A program made the translations under genes and the position numbers. Positions 54,786 to 64,000 of a stretch of DNA of 64,000 nucleotides are shown here, one piece after another. Source of the DNA: Akkermansiaceae bacterium UBA2381 (GTDB lineage Bacteria; Verrucomicrobiota; Verrucomicrobiia; Verrucomicrobiales; DEV007); the NCBI GenBank assembly GCA_002344215.1, contig DDSV01000034.1, positions 147,164 to 211,163 on the forward strand, read 5' to 3'. The notes beneath the pieces are model-generated. The model worked only from the letters and a program-made list of their open reading frames with translations, was not told where the DNA came from and made no database searches. Position 1 is the first letter of the stretch, and each line of letters starts with the position of its first letter.

Positions 54786-56351
54786 TTACATTTTCCTCGC
54801 GGCAGCTTCCGCCAACTGACTGCGCTCGCCGCGTTCCAGGGTAACGTGCGAACTGCAGGACTCGTCGCGGAGACGGTCGCGAGTGTAAACAAGACCATTA
54901 CTAAGTCTATCCACATAAGGATTGTCGATTTGGGCGGGGTCGCCCACGAGGACCAACTTGGACCCCTTTGCCATCCGTGTCACGATGGTTTTTGCCTCAA
55001 GCGGGGTAAGTTGCTGGGCCTCATCAAGAATAAAGAAGCGGTTGGGGATGGATCGCCCGCGGATGTAGCAAAGCGCTTCGATCTCGATCAGTCCCGATTC
55101 TAAAAAGGGATCGTAGCTGCGTTTGCCTCCCGATGAGGGGAAGTTATCGCCGGATCCTTTGCGCGGACGGACCTGCTGCTTGCGCTTTGCTGCCGTTCCC
55201 TGTTCCGGCGTCAGGAGGAACTCAAGAGCGTCGTAGACCGGTTTCAGCCAGGGATCGAGCTTCTCCTCGAGAGAACCGGGAAGGAATCCAAGGGTGTCGC
55301 CCATCGGGATGACAGGGCGGCTCACGGTGACTCCGTTGTATTCTCCGTTGAAAGTGAGATGAAGGGCGGAAGCGACGGCGAGGAGGGTCTTACCGGTACC
55401 GGCCTGACCGTAGCAGGTGACGAGGGTAACCTCGGGATTGAGCAGGGCATCAAGGAAGCACTGCTGTCCGAGATTGAGCGGTCGCAACGGGGCTCCGCGC
55501 TGGATTCGGATCTGATCAGGGATCTGCAGTTTGTGGAAAGCCCCATCGGTTCCCATACGGGCGGGCATGGTGCGCTTTTCACCCGCCTTGAGCAGGACGT
55601 ATTCGTTCGGGCTCACCCGTCGGACGTGACTGGGCAGATCGAGGGAACCGGCGCTGGCAAAGCGCTGGAGATCGTTGGGCTTCAAATCGACCACCAACTG
55701 TCCGGCCCCGACCTGGGCACTGTCGACCTTGTCGTTCTGATAATCCTCACACGGGATTCCGATGGCGTGTGCCTTGAGCTGAAGATTGAGATCCTTGGTG
55801 ACGAGAATCGTCGGAGAGCTGTTCTTTTCAGCGATCAGTTGGGAACAAATGAGGATGCGGTTGTCATTCGACTCCTGCCCCCGGAAGACGGCGAGAAGTT
55901 CTTCGACCACCACGCTGCGGCCTCCTGCCTCGGGCTGTGCGGGTACGAGACGGACGGAGCCTCCCTCGCGGTTGGGAATACCGGTCGTGGCATTCTGAGG
56001 ATGTTTTGAAAACAGGGCGGCGAGTTTACGATGGACGGACCTGGCGCTGGCACCGCGCTCGGTCTGCTCGTTCTTGAACTTATCGAGTTCACACAATACT
56101 TCGAGAGGGATACAAACGTGATTGTCCCCGAAACGATCAAGGCAGTCGGGATCGTGCAGCAGCACATTGGTATCGAGGACGAAATTTTTCCCGATGGAGG
56201 AGGGGGCCTTGAGACCATTTCCGTAGACTGGCCGCTTCTTGATCTTCTCCTCCTTTCCCCGTTTGACCGTTCCGCTAATTCCGAACATCTCGGCCTGGAG
56301 GGTTCCGTTTAGAGTTCCGCCGGCACCCGCATCAGATTGTAAGTCAGTCAT
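54786..56351 (-). CDS. PhoH family protein with N-terminal PIN domain (PhoH2-type)
   Basis: PIN: FVLDTNVLLHD, DNRIL, LVTKD.NL..KA. ATPase: GQAGTGKT, GFLPG..EEK, RGRS, DEAQ, GDPAQID. Confidence 0.93.
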   Translation of the reverse strand: MTDLQSDAGAGGTLNGTLQAEMFGISGTVKRGKEEKIKKRPVYGNGLKAPSSIGKNFVLDTNVLLHDPDCLDRFGDNHVCIPLEVLCELDKFKNEQTERGASARSVHRKLAALFSKHPQNATTGIPNREGGSVRLVPAQPEAGGRSVVVEELLAVFRGQESNDNRILICSQLIAEKNSSPTILVTKDLNLQLKAHAIGIPCEDYQNDKVDSAQVGAGQLVVDLKPNDLQRFASAGSLDLPSHVRRVSPNEYVLLKAGEKRTMPARMGTDGAFHKLQIPDQIRIQRGAPLRPLNLGQQCFLDALLNPEVTLVTCYGQAGTGKTLLAVASALHLTFNGEYNGVTVSRPVIPMGDTLGFLPGSLEEKLDPWLKPVYDALEFLLTPEQGTAAKRKQQVRPRKGSGDNFPSSGGKRSYDPFLESGLIEIEALCYIRGRSIPNRFFILDEAQQLTPLEAKTIVTRMAKGSKLVLVGDPAQIDNPYVDRLSNGLVYTRDRLRDESCSSHVTLERGERSQLAEAAARKM

Positions 56352-56402
56352 AGAGTCAGATTGAATCGGTCCAGAAGAACCATGACAAATGAGGATAGCG
56401 AG

Positions 56403-56431
56403 ATTCTGGCCAATTTGTTTAGGAATGTCAA
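56403..56431 (-). promoter_or_regulatory. Sigma70-like promoter for PhoH2 gene
   Basis: TTGACA (56431-56426)-N17-CAGAAT (56408-56403), AT-rich UP-like tract upstream. Confidence 0.65.
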
Positions 56432-56444
56432 AATATATAGAGGG

Positions 56445-56921
56445 TTAAAATTCTACCGCGAGATTTTTTGAGGCCCTGAGGGCATGTCCCGAAAGCAGAT
56501 GCTGAATGAGCGTTTCCACCTCGGCTTCAATGATGGGGAGGACGTGGCAGGGGGAGTCCCGGTCGATATCATGGATGTTCCAGTATCGAATCCGGTCGGC
56601 CCAGCGGGGAAACTGCTCCTGCATCATGGGGCGGTGCTCCTCTTCGAGCATGGCGATCACGAGCGAGGCTTCAATCAGATCCATTTCCTCAAGCCTGGCC
56701 GGGAAGCGGCTCGTCAGGTCTGCCGGGACGGAGCAAGCGGACAGGCGTCCTAAAGCGTGGTGGGAGAGCGTTTCCGTCGCGAGGTGAGGGCGAAATCCTC
56801 GTGATTCCGCCCGCCAGCCCAGACCGGAGCGCGGGGAGTGAAAGTTGAACCAGGCTTCCGCGTAGCGGCTCCGGTAGAAATTCCCGGTGCAGAGGAAAAG
56901 GACAGTTTGAAGTTCTTTCAC
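56445..56921 (-). CDS. Low-molecular-weight protein tyrosine phosphatase family protein
   Basis: P-loop VLFLCTGNFYRSR (CX5R), W.I.D acid loop. GTG start at 56921 inferred. Confidence 0.85.
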   Translation of the reverse strand: MKELQTVLFLCTGNFYRSRYAEAWFNFHSPRSGLGWRAESRGFRPHLATETLSHHALGRLSACSVPADLTSRFPARLEEMDLIEASLVIAMLEEEHRPMMQEQFPRWADRIRYWNIHDIDRDSPCHVLPIIEAEVETLIQHLLSGHALRASKNLAVEF

Positions 56922-57012
56922 AACGCGATCAGTGGACTGAAAAACCCCACGAAACCACTTCGGAAATGTTAATTGTTCGACACGAAAGCGAGATTTCAGT
57001 GTCCGATAAGAT

Positions 57013-57393
57013 TCATTCCATGGGAACAATCTCCTCCAGAACACGGAGGAGAAGCGAGAGGTTAACCGGTTTGGGAAGTACCAACTGATTGCCTGCCTGA
57101 GCCACGGCTCCTTCAGACAGCTCCGTCGAATCAACCAAAGCCGTCAACATCACGACGGGAATTTTTGCGAGTGAGGGAATGGTCTGTAGCTGGGCCTGAA
57201 CATCGCCACCGTCCATTCCGGGCATGACCACGTCCAGGACGATCGCATCGGGCATAAAAGAACGGGCCGCCGCGACGGCCTGCATCGAATCATTTTCGAT
57301 TTTCACCTCGTAACCGCCGGACTTCTCCAGGTTCATTTTGAGCAGTTGCGTAAAGCCTGCTTCGTCATCAACCAGTAGGATTTTTCGAGCCAT
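57013..57393 (-). CDS. Single-domain response regulator (receiver only)
   Basis: ILLVDDE, phospho-acceptor LDVVMPGMDG, MLTA, PKP. Confidence 0.92.
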   Translation of the reverse strand: MARKILLVDDEAGFTQLLKMNLEKSGGYEVKIENDSMQAVAAARSFMPDAIVLDVVMPGMDGGDVQAQLQTIPSLAKIPVVMLTALVDSTELSEGAVAQAGNQLVLPKPVNLSLLLRVLEEIVPME

Positions 57394-57493
57394 GGATTTT
57401 TCCGGGTTTCGCGTTGGAGTGGCCTCAGGATGAGAGATTACCCTATCGATTGTCAGGCTCACGGAGCCTCATGGTTTAAGATTCCAACACAGT

Positions 57494-58762
57494 TCAGGGT
57501 GACAGTTTTTCCTTCGGAATGTCAATTTCTTTCGAGGAATTTATGGGGGGAGTCACCTTCCCGGTCTCGAGTTTTGTCGGGAGGATTAGTCGAGCGATCG
57601 CACCCCGGTTCAAACTGCGATTCCTGAGGGTAAGTTCGCCGCCATGGAGTTCAACAATGCGTCGTGCGACCGAAAGCCCCAGTCCTGTTCCGAGGCCGGT
57701 GGCTTTCGTTGTGAAAAAAGGATCAAAGAGCCGCCCCGCGTCACCCGCGGCGATCCCGCATCCGTTGTCGATGATTTCAAGAATAACCACCTGATCGCCG
57801 GTTCGGAAGACTTCGCGCTTGCGCGCTCCCTCGTTTTTGATCACCTCGTCGAGAGATTCGGAGCGCGCCTTGATCTTGATGCGGCGGTTCTCAACCTTGG
57901 ACATGGCATGAACCGCATTGATGATGAGGTTGATGAGGACCTGTTCGAATTTCGACATGTCGAGATAGACGAAAGGCAGATCCTTTTCAATTTCGACAGT
58001 GACCTGGGTGTTGGATCGGGTGAGTTCATGCTTCACAAGGAGGAGCACCTCCTCAATGATCAGGCTGAGCCGGGTCGCTTCGCGTGAGAGAGAACGCTGC
58101 GACGAGAAATCGACCAGTCCTCTCACGATCCGGTCGGCGCGATCAACCGCATCGCGCATCTGTTTCAAGATGGTCGCGATATTGGGGTCATCGGGATCAA
58201 TGCCCTCGGAGAGGTAATCCACGCCAAGAAGAAGAAGGGCGAGGGGATTTTTCACCTCGTGGGCCACACCCGCGGCGAGACGACCGATGGACTCCAGCTT
58301 TTCCGCCTGAATCAGCTGCATCTGGGTCTCCTGCAACTCCTTATTGGTGGCGACCAGATGACGATTCAAGCGTTCCAGTTGCTCGAGGGATTTTACCTGT
58401 TCAGTGATGTCCTCGCTGATCCCAACGACCAGGAGGCGACCGGTTTCCTTGTCGTGAACGGGAATCTTGACGGTCCGGAGATGAACTTCGCGACCGTTCT
58501 TGGTCTCGATGATCTCCTCGGGAACCTTCATCAACTTCCCCCGTTTGATGACCGCTTCGTCGACACTGCGGAAGTAGTCGGCCGAATCCTGGGAAAACAG
58601 GTCGTGGTCGGCTTTTCCGAGCGCCTTTGAGGCACGTATTGTCGTTACTTCCTCCTGCTTTTTGTTCCACAAAATGAACCGGAACCCGTCGGTGGCATCC
58701 TTGGCGAAAACCGCCACGGGCAGGTTATCGAGAACCGATTCGACGATGCTGTGCTCCTCCAT
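57494..58762 (-). CDS. Cytoplasmic PAS-domain sensor histidine kinase
   Basis: PAS (VFAKDA..F..WNK), H-box [11 protein letters not shown] box [27 protein letters not shown]. Confidence 0.94.
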   Translation of the reverse strand: MEEHSIVESVLDNLPVAVFAKDATDGFRFILWNKKQEEVTTIRASKALGKADHDLFSQDSADYFRSVDEAVIKRGKLMKVPEEIIETKNGREVHLRTVKIPVHDKETGRLLVVGISEDITEQVKSLEQLERLNRHLVATNKELQETQMQLIQAEKLESIGRLAAGVAHEVKNPLALLLLGVDYLSEGIDPDDPNIATILKQMRDAVDRADRIVRGLVDFSSQRSLSREATRLSLIIEEVLLLVKHELTRSNTQVTVEIEKDLPFVYLDMSKFEQVLINLIINAVHAMSKVENRRIKIKARSESLDEVIKNEGARKREVFRTGDQVVILEIIDNGCGIAAGDAGRLFDPFFTTKATGLGTGLGLSVARRIVELHGGELTLRNRSLNRGAIARLILPTKLETGKVTPPINSSKEIDIPKEKLSP

Positions 58763-58858
58763 AACTCGCAGAGGAAGCTATAAGTATCAGGTTACGGACC
58801 GATTGAGAAGAAAAACGATGAGTGAATCTTCTTTAGGAGAGGGGCGCAGGCGAACAAT

Positions 58859-59050
58859 TCAGCGCACCCAATCGCGATACTGGCTCCGCATGGACTCAGT
58901 CTGATCGACTGCTGAACCGGATTGCGGTGCCTGGTATCCATCGGACAGCGCAGCCCCGGTCGAAGCACCGCTCGGGGTGCAGCCCGTGCTGAAGAGGGCG
59001 GAAGTAGACCCAATGATCAGGAGGATAAGAAAGCGAAGAGCCTTGCACAT
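58859..59050 (-). CDS. Putative small lipoprotein
   Basis: MCKALRFLILLIIGSTSALFSTGC, relaxed lipobox, 63 aa. Confidence 0.45.
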   Translation of the reverse strand: MCKALRFLILLIIGSTSALFSTGCTPSGASTGAALSDGYQAPQSGSAVDQTESMRSQYRDWVR

Positions 59051-59151
59051 GGGCAGACTATGTGCAAAAACCGGGAAATGTTCAAACTCAAAGTCGCTCT
59101 GGAATCCGGCAGCAGCAGGGTAAAGAACAAAAAAGAACGCTAAAAAAAGCG

Positions 59152-59180
59152 TTGCCAAACTTCTTAACCACCGGTAATAA
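59152..59180 (+). promoter_or_regulatory. Possible acpP promoter
   Basis: TTGCCA-N17-TAATAA with upstream A-tracts. The -10 is imperfect. Confidence 0.35.
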
Positions 59181-59213
59181 ACCAAACATTCCAAATTATT
59201 CCCCACCTTCCAA

Positions 59214-59459
59214 ATGGCTGACGCATCTATCGAAGAAAAAGTAAAAAACATCATCGTTGAACAACTGGGTGTGAGCGAAGATCAGGTAAAGCCAGAGGCC
59301 AAGTTTATCGAAGATCTGGGTGCAGACTCCCTCGATACGGTCGAACTCGTGATGGCTTTCGAAGAAGAATTCGATATCACCGTGCCCGATGAGGCCGCTG
59401 AGAAGCTTACCAGTGTGGGTGAAGTCTTCGCTTACATTGAAGAGCAGCAGTCCAAGTAA
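59214..59459 (+). CDS. acpP: Acyl carrier protein
   Basis: [20 protein letters not shown] phosphopantetheine motif. Confidence 0.97.
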   Translation: MADASIEEKVKNIIVEQLGVSEDQVKPEAKFIEDLGADSLDTVELVMAFEEEFDITVPDEAAEKLTSVGEVFAYIEEQQSK

Positions 59460-59489
59460 GGTCGGCCTTCGTTCAAGACAATTTCTAGG

Positions 59490-59517
59490 ATGCGCCTCCC
59501 TTGGGGGCGCATTTTTT
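59490..59517 (+). terminator. Intrinsic terminator after acpP
   Basis: ATGCGCCTCC/GGGGGCGCAT stem + TTTTT. Confidence 0.8.
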
Positions 59518-59617
59518 GTTTCCGGGACAGTCCCGCATCCCGCTCTGCCCGGGAGAGAATCGTTTATGCGTTGGATTTCCCGCCGATCATCAGCTAGCTT
59601 GGCTGACAGGAGACGTA

Positions 59618-60145
59618 ATGGCTTCCCTATCATTTGATGACATAGCGTATGCGATGGAGAACACGGTCGTCGTGCACGAGCCGGATCGACTCATTGATAC
59701 CTTCGGAACCACGAATTTTGAGTTTCACCTGCTGACTGAACCCATGGACTCTGTCGGCAGGGTCCGGGTGAGGGAGGGACGGATGGAGGCTGAACGGCCG
59801 AGAATTCTCCGGCCTGAGGGGTATTCCGATTTACTCTTCGAGGGATTCGGCGAGCAGGCTGCGGTTTTCGCCGACTGGTTCAAGCAGAATGGAAATCTGA
59901 ACTTCTTCAAATACGGATTCAATTTCGCCAAACGCAGTTTTACCGAGGAGATCGTGAACGAATCCCCTGAGGCAGTGAGGGATCGGATCATGGAGGATAT
60001 CCGCTCCAGCGGAAGCCCCTCAAGAGCTCTCATTTGCGGTGTCGATGACTCCTGGGAGGTATCCCTGATCAAATTCACGATGGAGATGGTCGGACGATCG
60101 CTCCAACTTAACGCGTTCGATTTCAAGCGCCGCGGACTACTCTGA
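59618..60145 (+). CDS. Conserved hypothetical protein
   Basis: SD CAGGAG before ATG 59618, 175 aa, typical codon pattern, no recognisable domain. Confidence 0.8.
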   Translation: MASLSFDDIAYAMENTVVVHEPDRLIDTFGTTNFEFHLLTEPMDSVGRVRVREGRMEAERPRILRPEGYSDLLFEGFGEQAAVFADWFKQNGNLNFFKYGFNFAKRSFTEEIVNESPEAVRDRIMEDIRSSGSPSRALICGVDDSWEVSLIKFTMEMVGRSLQLNAFDFKRRGLL

Positions 60146-60165
60146 CCTGCCGCCCCTTTCCCGCG

Positions 60166-61017
60166 ATGGCTCGATTCAAGTTCCTCCTGGCCTTTTTTGC
60201 GATGTTGATCTGCGCAGGCGGGGTCGCCGGTGCCTATTTTTACTGGAAAAAGTTTGCCCAGCCGGAGATTATTGTGACCCGACATATCCAGGGGAAAGAC
60301 GGGGCCTCGCTCGGACGACCGGATCTGGGAAAGCGTCATTTCGATGCGGCGATGGGCCTCCTCAAGGAAGGTGAACTGGTCTCTGCCCGGGACCGGCTCC
60401 TTTACCTCATGAAGTACTTCCCGGAATCAGCCACCTACGGGGACGCCAGGCGAATCGTAGGGGAGTTGAATATGGATCTTCTTGTCTCCAAAATCCCGCT
60501 TCCGGGGAAAGCCGAGCATACCGTGGCACGCGGCGAGGCGCTCGTCACGATTGCCCGGAGGAACGATACGACGATTGATTACATCATGCGGGCCAATGGA
60601 AAGGCGTCGGAATTCATTTTTCCGAATGAGGTGATCACGGTCTATCCCCTGAATTTTCGGGTTGAGATCAATCTTAAGGAGAAGCGGGTGACCGTTCTCG
60701 ACGGTGATATCCTCTTCAAGGAGTATTCCATTTTGGACACTCACCTGCCTGCGGACCTCAAAGCACCGGTCTCGACCACGGTGAGTGAGAAAGTGGCGTG
60801 GTATGACAATCAGCCCATTAATTTTACCGACCTGAATTACATGAACTGCAGCAAGTGGATTCGGACAGGAAAAATCGGGCTGTTTATCCGGCAACTCGAA
60901 TCCGGCGGATCTGGCGGCTCCGAATCGCGTCCCTACGGGGTCATGCTCGAAAACGGGGACGTCGAAGAGCTTTTCACAATTCTACGAATTGGATCAAAAG
61001 TTGACCTCACGAAGTAG
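60166..61017 (+). CDS. Membrane-anchored LysM + YkuD-like protein lacking catalytic His/Cys
   Basis: N-terminal TM, LysM HTVARGEALVTIARRNDTTIDYIMRAN, YkuD-like tail ..LFIR..PYGVMLENGDVEELF..G..V. Confidence 0.8.
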   Translation: MARFKFLLAFFAMLICAGGVAGAYFYWKKFAQPEIIVTRHIQGKDGASLGRPDLGKRHFDAAMGLLKEGELVSARDRLLYLMKYFPESATYGDARRIVGELNMDLLVSKIPLPGKAEHTVARGEALVTIARRNDTTIDYIMRANGKASEFIFPNEVITVYPLNFRVEINLKEKRVTVLDGDILFKEYSILDTHLPADLKAPVSTTVSEKVAWYDNQPINFTDLNYMNCSKWIRTGKIGLFIRQLESGGSGGSESRPYGVMLENGDVEELFTILRIGSKVDLTK

Positions 61018-61050
61018 CATTGCAGCCAAAAAGCGTTACCATTTGCCCCT

Positions 61051-62028
61051 ATGATGATGATCACGGAACCCCTCGAATTTGAGAAGCCCATCGTGAACCT
61101 TGAGCGCCAGCTTGCCGAACTGCGCGACCGCGCGGCCGACAGCGATATCGACATGTCGAGCGAGATGAAGCGGATCGAGGACAAGCTGACCAAGACGAAA
61201 ACCGAGATTTACCGGAATCTTTCGCCATGGCAGCGCGTCATGATCGCCCGGCATACCCAGCGGCCGTTCATGCTTGACTATATCGAGCACTCCTTTGATG
61301 ACTTTGTTGAGCTCCACGGTGACCGGCACATCGGGGAAGACGAGGCCATGCCCGGCGGATTTGCCCGTATCGAGGGTCGTCGTGTGGTGGTAATCGGGCA
61401 CCAGAAGGGCCGTGACACCAAGGAAAACCTGCGCCGCAACTTCGGAAGCGCCAATCCCGAGGGATACCGCAAGGCTCTTCGCCTCATGAAAATGGCGGAA
61501 AAGTTCCGAATCCCGGTCGTGACTTTGATCGACACTCCCGGAGCCTACCCGGGGATTGGTTCCGAAGAGCGTAATATTGCCGAGGCGATCGCCTTCAATC
61601 TTCGGGAGATGATGACTCTGTCGGTTCCAATTGTGGCGGTTGTGATCGGGGAAGGTGGATCAGGGGGAGCACTCGGGATCGGAGTCGCAGACCGTGTTTT
61701 GATGATGGAAAACGCCTATTATTCGGTGATCAGCCCGGAGGGTTGTGCCGCCATCCTCTGGAAAGATCGCAAATATGCCACTGAGGCGGCCCAGGCGCTC
61801 AAGCTCAGCGCGGCGGACCTGATGGACCTCGGGATTATTGATGAGGTGATTCCGGAACCCATGGGGGGAGCCCACCACGATCATGTCGGATCGGCCAACA
61901 ATCTCAAAAAACATGTTAACCGGCACCTTTCCGAGCTCGATGCCATTGATCGTGATACCCTGCTTGAGCAGCGGTATCAGAAGTTCAGGAGCTTCGGCGA
62001 GTATCGTGAACGCGGACGCAAAGTCTGA
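61051..62028 (+). CDS. accA: Acetyl-CoA carboxylase carboxyltransferase subunit alpha
   Basis: LEFEKPI, ARH..RP, ELHGDR, GHQKGRDTKE, PEGYRKA.R, IDTPGAYPG, GEGGSGGA, SVISPEGCA. Confidence 0.97.
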   Translation: MMMITEPLEFEKPIVNLERQLAELRDRAADSDIDMSSEMKRIEDKLTKTKTEIYRNLSPWQRVMIARHTQRPFMLDYIEHSFDDFVELHGDRHIGEDEAMPGGFARIEGRRVVVIGHQKGRDTKENLRRNFGSANPEGYRKALRLMKMAEKFRIPVVTLIDTPGAYPGIGSEERNIAEAIAFNLREMMTLSVPIVAVVIGEGGSGGALGIGVADRVLMMENAYYSVISPEGCAAILWKDRKYATEAAQALKLSAADLMDLGIIDEVIPEPMGGAHHDHVGSANNLKKHVNRHLSELDAIDRDTLLEQRYQKFRSFGEYRERGRKV

Positions 62029-62094
62029 CCCTCGCCCTTCCTGCAGCGACCACATTCAACTTGATTCCACGTTAACCTGAATCATTCTTTACCA

Positions 62095-62439
62095 ATGAAC
62101 TCTCTCTCCCACGGCTTTCTCTTCATTATCGGTCTCACCTGGCTTCTTTGCGAAGTCTGTCTGAGTGCAAGTGGTGGGGATTGGACCCCTCTCTGGATCT
62201 ATCTGGCCGGATTTGTTGTCATGTTCGCAGTCCTCGGTTGTCTCCCTCTTTCAACGCGCGCCATCGAAGCTGCCGGTCCCATTTTTGCTTTGATCATTGG
62301 AGCCGGGCTCCTGATCTACGGATTTAATGCCTTTGGCGCGAGCATGGTGGGCGGTATCCTCCGCACGATCGGCGGACTTGCCATGGTTGCCCTCGGCGGT
62401 CTCAGCTTCATCGGCCGCAAGTCTTCAGCGGCGCATTGA
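62095..62439 (+). CDS. Small four-TM membrane protein, hypothetical
   Basis: 114 aa, four hydrophobic segments, followed by hairpin. Confidence 0.75.
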   Translation: MNSLSHGFLFIIGLTWLLCEVCLSASGGDWTPLWIYLAGFVVMFAVLGCLPLSTRAIEAAGPIFALIIGAGLLIYGFNAFGASMVGGILRTIGGLAMVALGGLSFIGRKSSAAH

Positions 62440-62440
62440 G

Positions 62441-62469
62441 GAAAGCGGCCCGCGACAGGCGGCGCTTTC
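62441..62469. terminator. Hairpin between convergent genes (probable bidirectional terminator)
   Basis: GAAAGCG...CGCTTTC stem with inner GCC/GGC. Confidence 0.5.
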
Positions 62470-62479
62470 CACTTTACAG

Positions 62480-63559
62480 CTAGGCCCACGCCTTCCGCAC
62501 CACGCGCAAAAAGTTGCCGTGGAAGATCGCGGTGATGTCATCTTCATCGTAACCGCGGCCCTTTAAGATCCCCTCGATGCTTTGCAGATCGGCAATGGTA
62601 TCCAGGTCGATCGGGCTTTGCTCCCTCCCGAAACCTCCGTCCAGATCACTGCCGATACCCACGTGCCACGTGTTCCCGGAGAGTTGGCAGATATGATCAA
62701 TATGATCTGCGATATGGGCGATCGTTACTCCGGTTGATTCCGGGGTCGAAGTGCCACGAATCCACCCCGGAACCATCATCCAGGCGTCAAAGACGGCTCC
62801 GAGGACGGCGTCCCGCTCAATCAGGAGCTTGATCTGTTCGTCACTGAACTGCCGGGGGTCGTTTACGAGGGCTCGACAATTGGAGTGACTGGCCCAAACC
62901 GATCCTGAGAAGAGATCCAACGCTTCAAAAAAGCAGGCGTCGCTGAGATGGGTGACGTCGAGGATCATACCGAGTTCATCCATTTTTCGGATCAAGGCCT
63001 CGCCTCCCTGCGGCAGTCCACCGACCTGATCATGTCCAAGGGCGTATCGACCTTTTCCGTAGTGGGCCGGCCCCATGGCCCGAAGTCCATAGGCGTAGGC
63101 CGTTTCCAGATAGTCGATCGTAATGATGGAGTCCGCACCTTCCAGGCTCAAGACATAGCCGATGGGGGCCTTGGCGGCGGCAGCGGCGACCGGGTCTGAC
63201 CACAACGCGAGATGGGCGTCGAGTTGAGCGAGATTGGTAATCAGACTCATCTCACCGAGATCGCAAAGGGCTTCGTAGTAGGCTCGCTGCCCCTGGGTCA
63301 TGCCCCAGGCCTGACTGGGGGATTCCCAGCAGGCGACCGGTCCTCTCGGCTTCATGCAGCCGCCGATCTGGGTGGCGACGCACAGGCCAATGCCGCCTCG
63401 CCGCATTTCATCCAGACAGACTGTGTTCAGGCCGCGGCCTTTCATATCGGTCCTGCCCGATTCAATGGCACGAATTTCACTGATCGGGAGGGTCAGATCA
63501 CGGTTCCATTCGATCGCATTCAGGCTAAGATCCAGGTGGACATCGAAAATCAAGTTCAT
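62480..63559 (-). CDS. Membrane dipeptidase (peptidase M19) family protein
   Basis: IFDVHLD, LSLEGAD, ILDVTHLSD, ASHSNCRAL, HVGIGSDLDG. Confidence 0.93.
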   Translation of the reverse strand: MNLIFDVHLDLSLNAIEWNRDLTLPISEIRAIESGRTDMKGRGLNTVCLDEMRRGGIGLCVATQIGGCMKPRGPVACWESPSQAWGMTQGQRAYYEALCDLGEMSLITNLAQLDAHLALWSDPVAAAAAKAPIGYVLSLEGADSIITIDYLETAYAYGLRAMGPAHYGKGRYALGHDQVGGLPQGGEALIRKMDELGMILDVTHLSDACFFEALDLFSGSVWASHSNCRALVNDPRQFSDEQIKLLIERDAVLGAVFDAWMMVPGWIRGTSTPESTGVTIAHIADHIDHICQLSGNTWHVGIGSDLDGGFGREQSPIDLDTIADLQSIEGILKGRGYDEDDITAIFHGNFLRVVRKAWA

Positions 63560-63620
63560 AGCTGTAGGCTGGAAATCAGGGTGAAACGGGATCAGAATCT
63601 TGGTGAAAGGGAAAACTAAA

Positions 63621-64000
63621 ATGGAAAGAAAACTTCTTCTATCATTGCAACTATCACTTTTTCTCACGCTTGGCAACGCACAGGAAGACGCCCTCCCCGT
63701 GTCCACGGTCTATGCTACTCAGGGAAATGTGGCGAGGAGACAATCGCTGGAAGAGGCGGAAATGCAGGCCGCGGTTCTGGCGGCAAGGCAGGACAAGGCG
63801 TTAAAGGCTGCAATGGCGACCTATTCACAGCCGCAGCAGGTGATCACCACTCCGGCGCAGTTTCTCGCGGCGAATCCTCCCCGGGTTCCTGTTGCTGCCG
63901 GCGGGGAGGGAGATTTGTCAGGATTTATCGTCAAGAAAAACGACGAGGTGCCCGAGTTCGACCCGGTTTCCGGTGCAAATGATACGGCAGTCCCCCCTCT
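63621..64000 (+). CDS. Secreted hypothetical protein, 3'-truncated by window end
   Basis: ATG 63621, signal peptide MERKLLLSLQLSLFLTLGNA-QED, frame open to window end (absent from ORF track because no stop). Confidence 0.7.
   Translation, partial: MERKLLLSLQLSLFLTLGNAQEDALPVSTVYATQGNVARRQSLEEAEMQAAVLAARQDKALKAAMATYSQPQQVITTPAQFLAANPPRVPVAAGGEGDLSGFIVKKNDEVPEFDPVSGANDTAVPP

Noticed and set aside
56922-57134. 71-aa N-terminal extension of the LMW phosphatase ORF
   Set aside because: Overlaps the response regulator 3' end and is not part of the LMW-PTP fold
1-64000. CRISPR arrays, rRNA/tRNA genes, integrases, IS elements, prophage genes
   Set aside because: No regularly spaced repeats, cloverleaf signatures or recombinase/phage motifs were seen on manual reading of either strand

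Overview
64 kb of GC-rich bacterial chromosome, most likely Verrucomicrobiota/PVC (inferred from a PVC-type heme-binding dehydrogenase, DUF1080, PQQ-propeller and FG-GAP secreted proteins, and three Gfo/Idh/MocA genes). About 57 CDS are supported. Housekeeping genes are rpoA-rplQ, gltX, nrdR, tdh-kbl, a UvrD-family helicase, PhoH2, acpP, accA and rimK. These are mixed with an FbpABC-like ABC transporter, secreted hydrolases and a PAS kinase/receiver pair. I saw no rRNA, tRNA, CRISPR array, integrase or transposase. Best leads: (1) a probable nrdR operon with two tandem NrdR boxes upstream of nrdR, followed by an uncharacterised protein that looks like a degenerate ATP-cone and by a HIT hydrolase, possibly an undescribed NrdR-modulating module; (2) an Upf1-like SF1 helicase with a C-terminal restriction-endonuclease-like domain, translationally coupled to nnrS (candidate defence/stress effector); (3) a lone SRAP gene bracketed by 19-bp direct repeats; (4) a protease-DUF1080-SirB1-TPR fusion; (5) a catalytically dead LysM-YkuD protein upstream of accA; (6) GTAG-type REP-like palindromes and an SD-bearing uORF overlapping tdh. 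All calls come from manual motif reading, with no database searches. Many start codons were moved downstream of the ORF-track starts.
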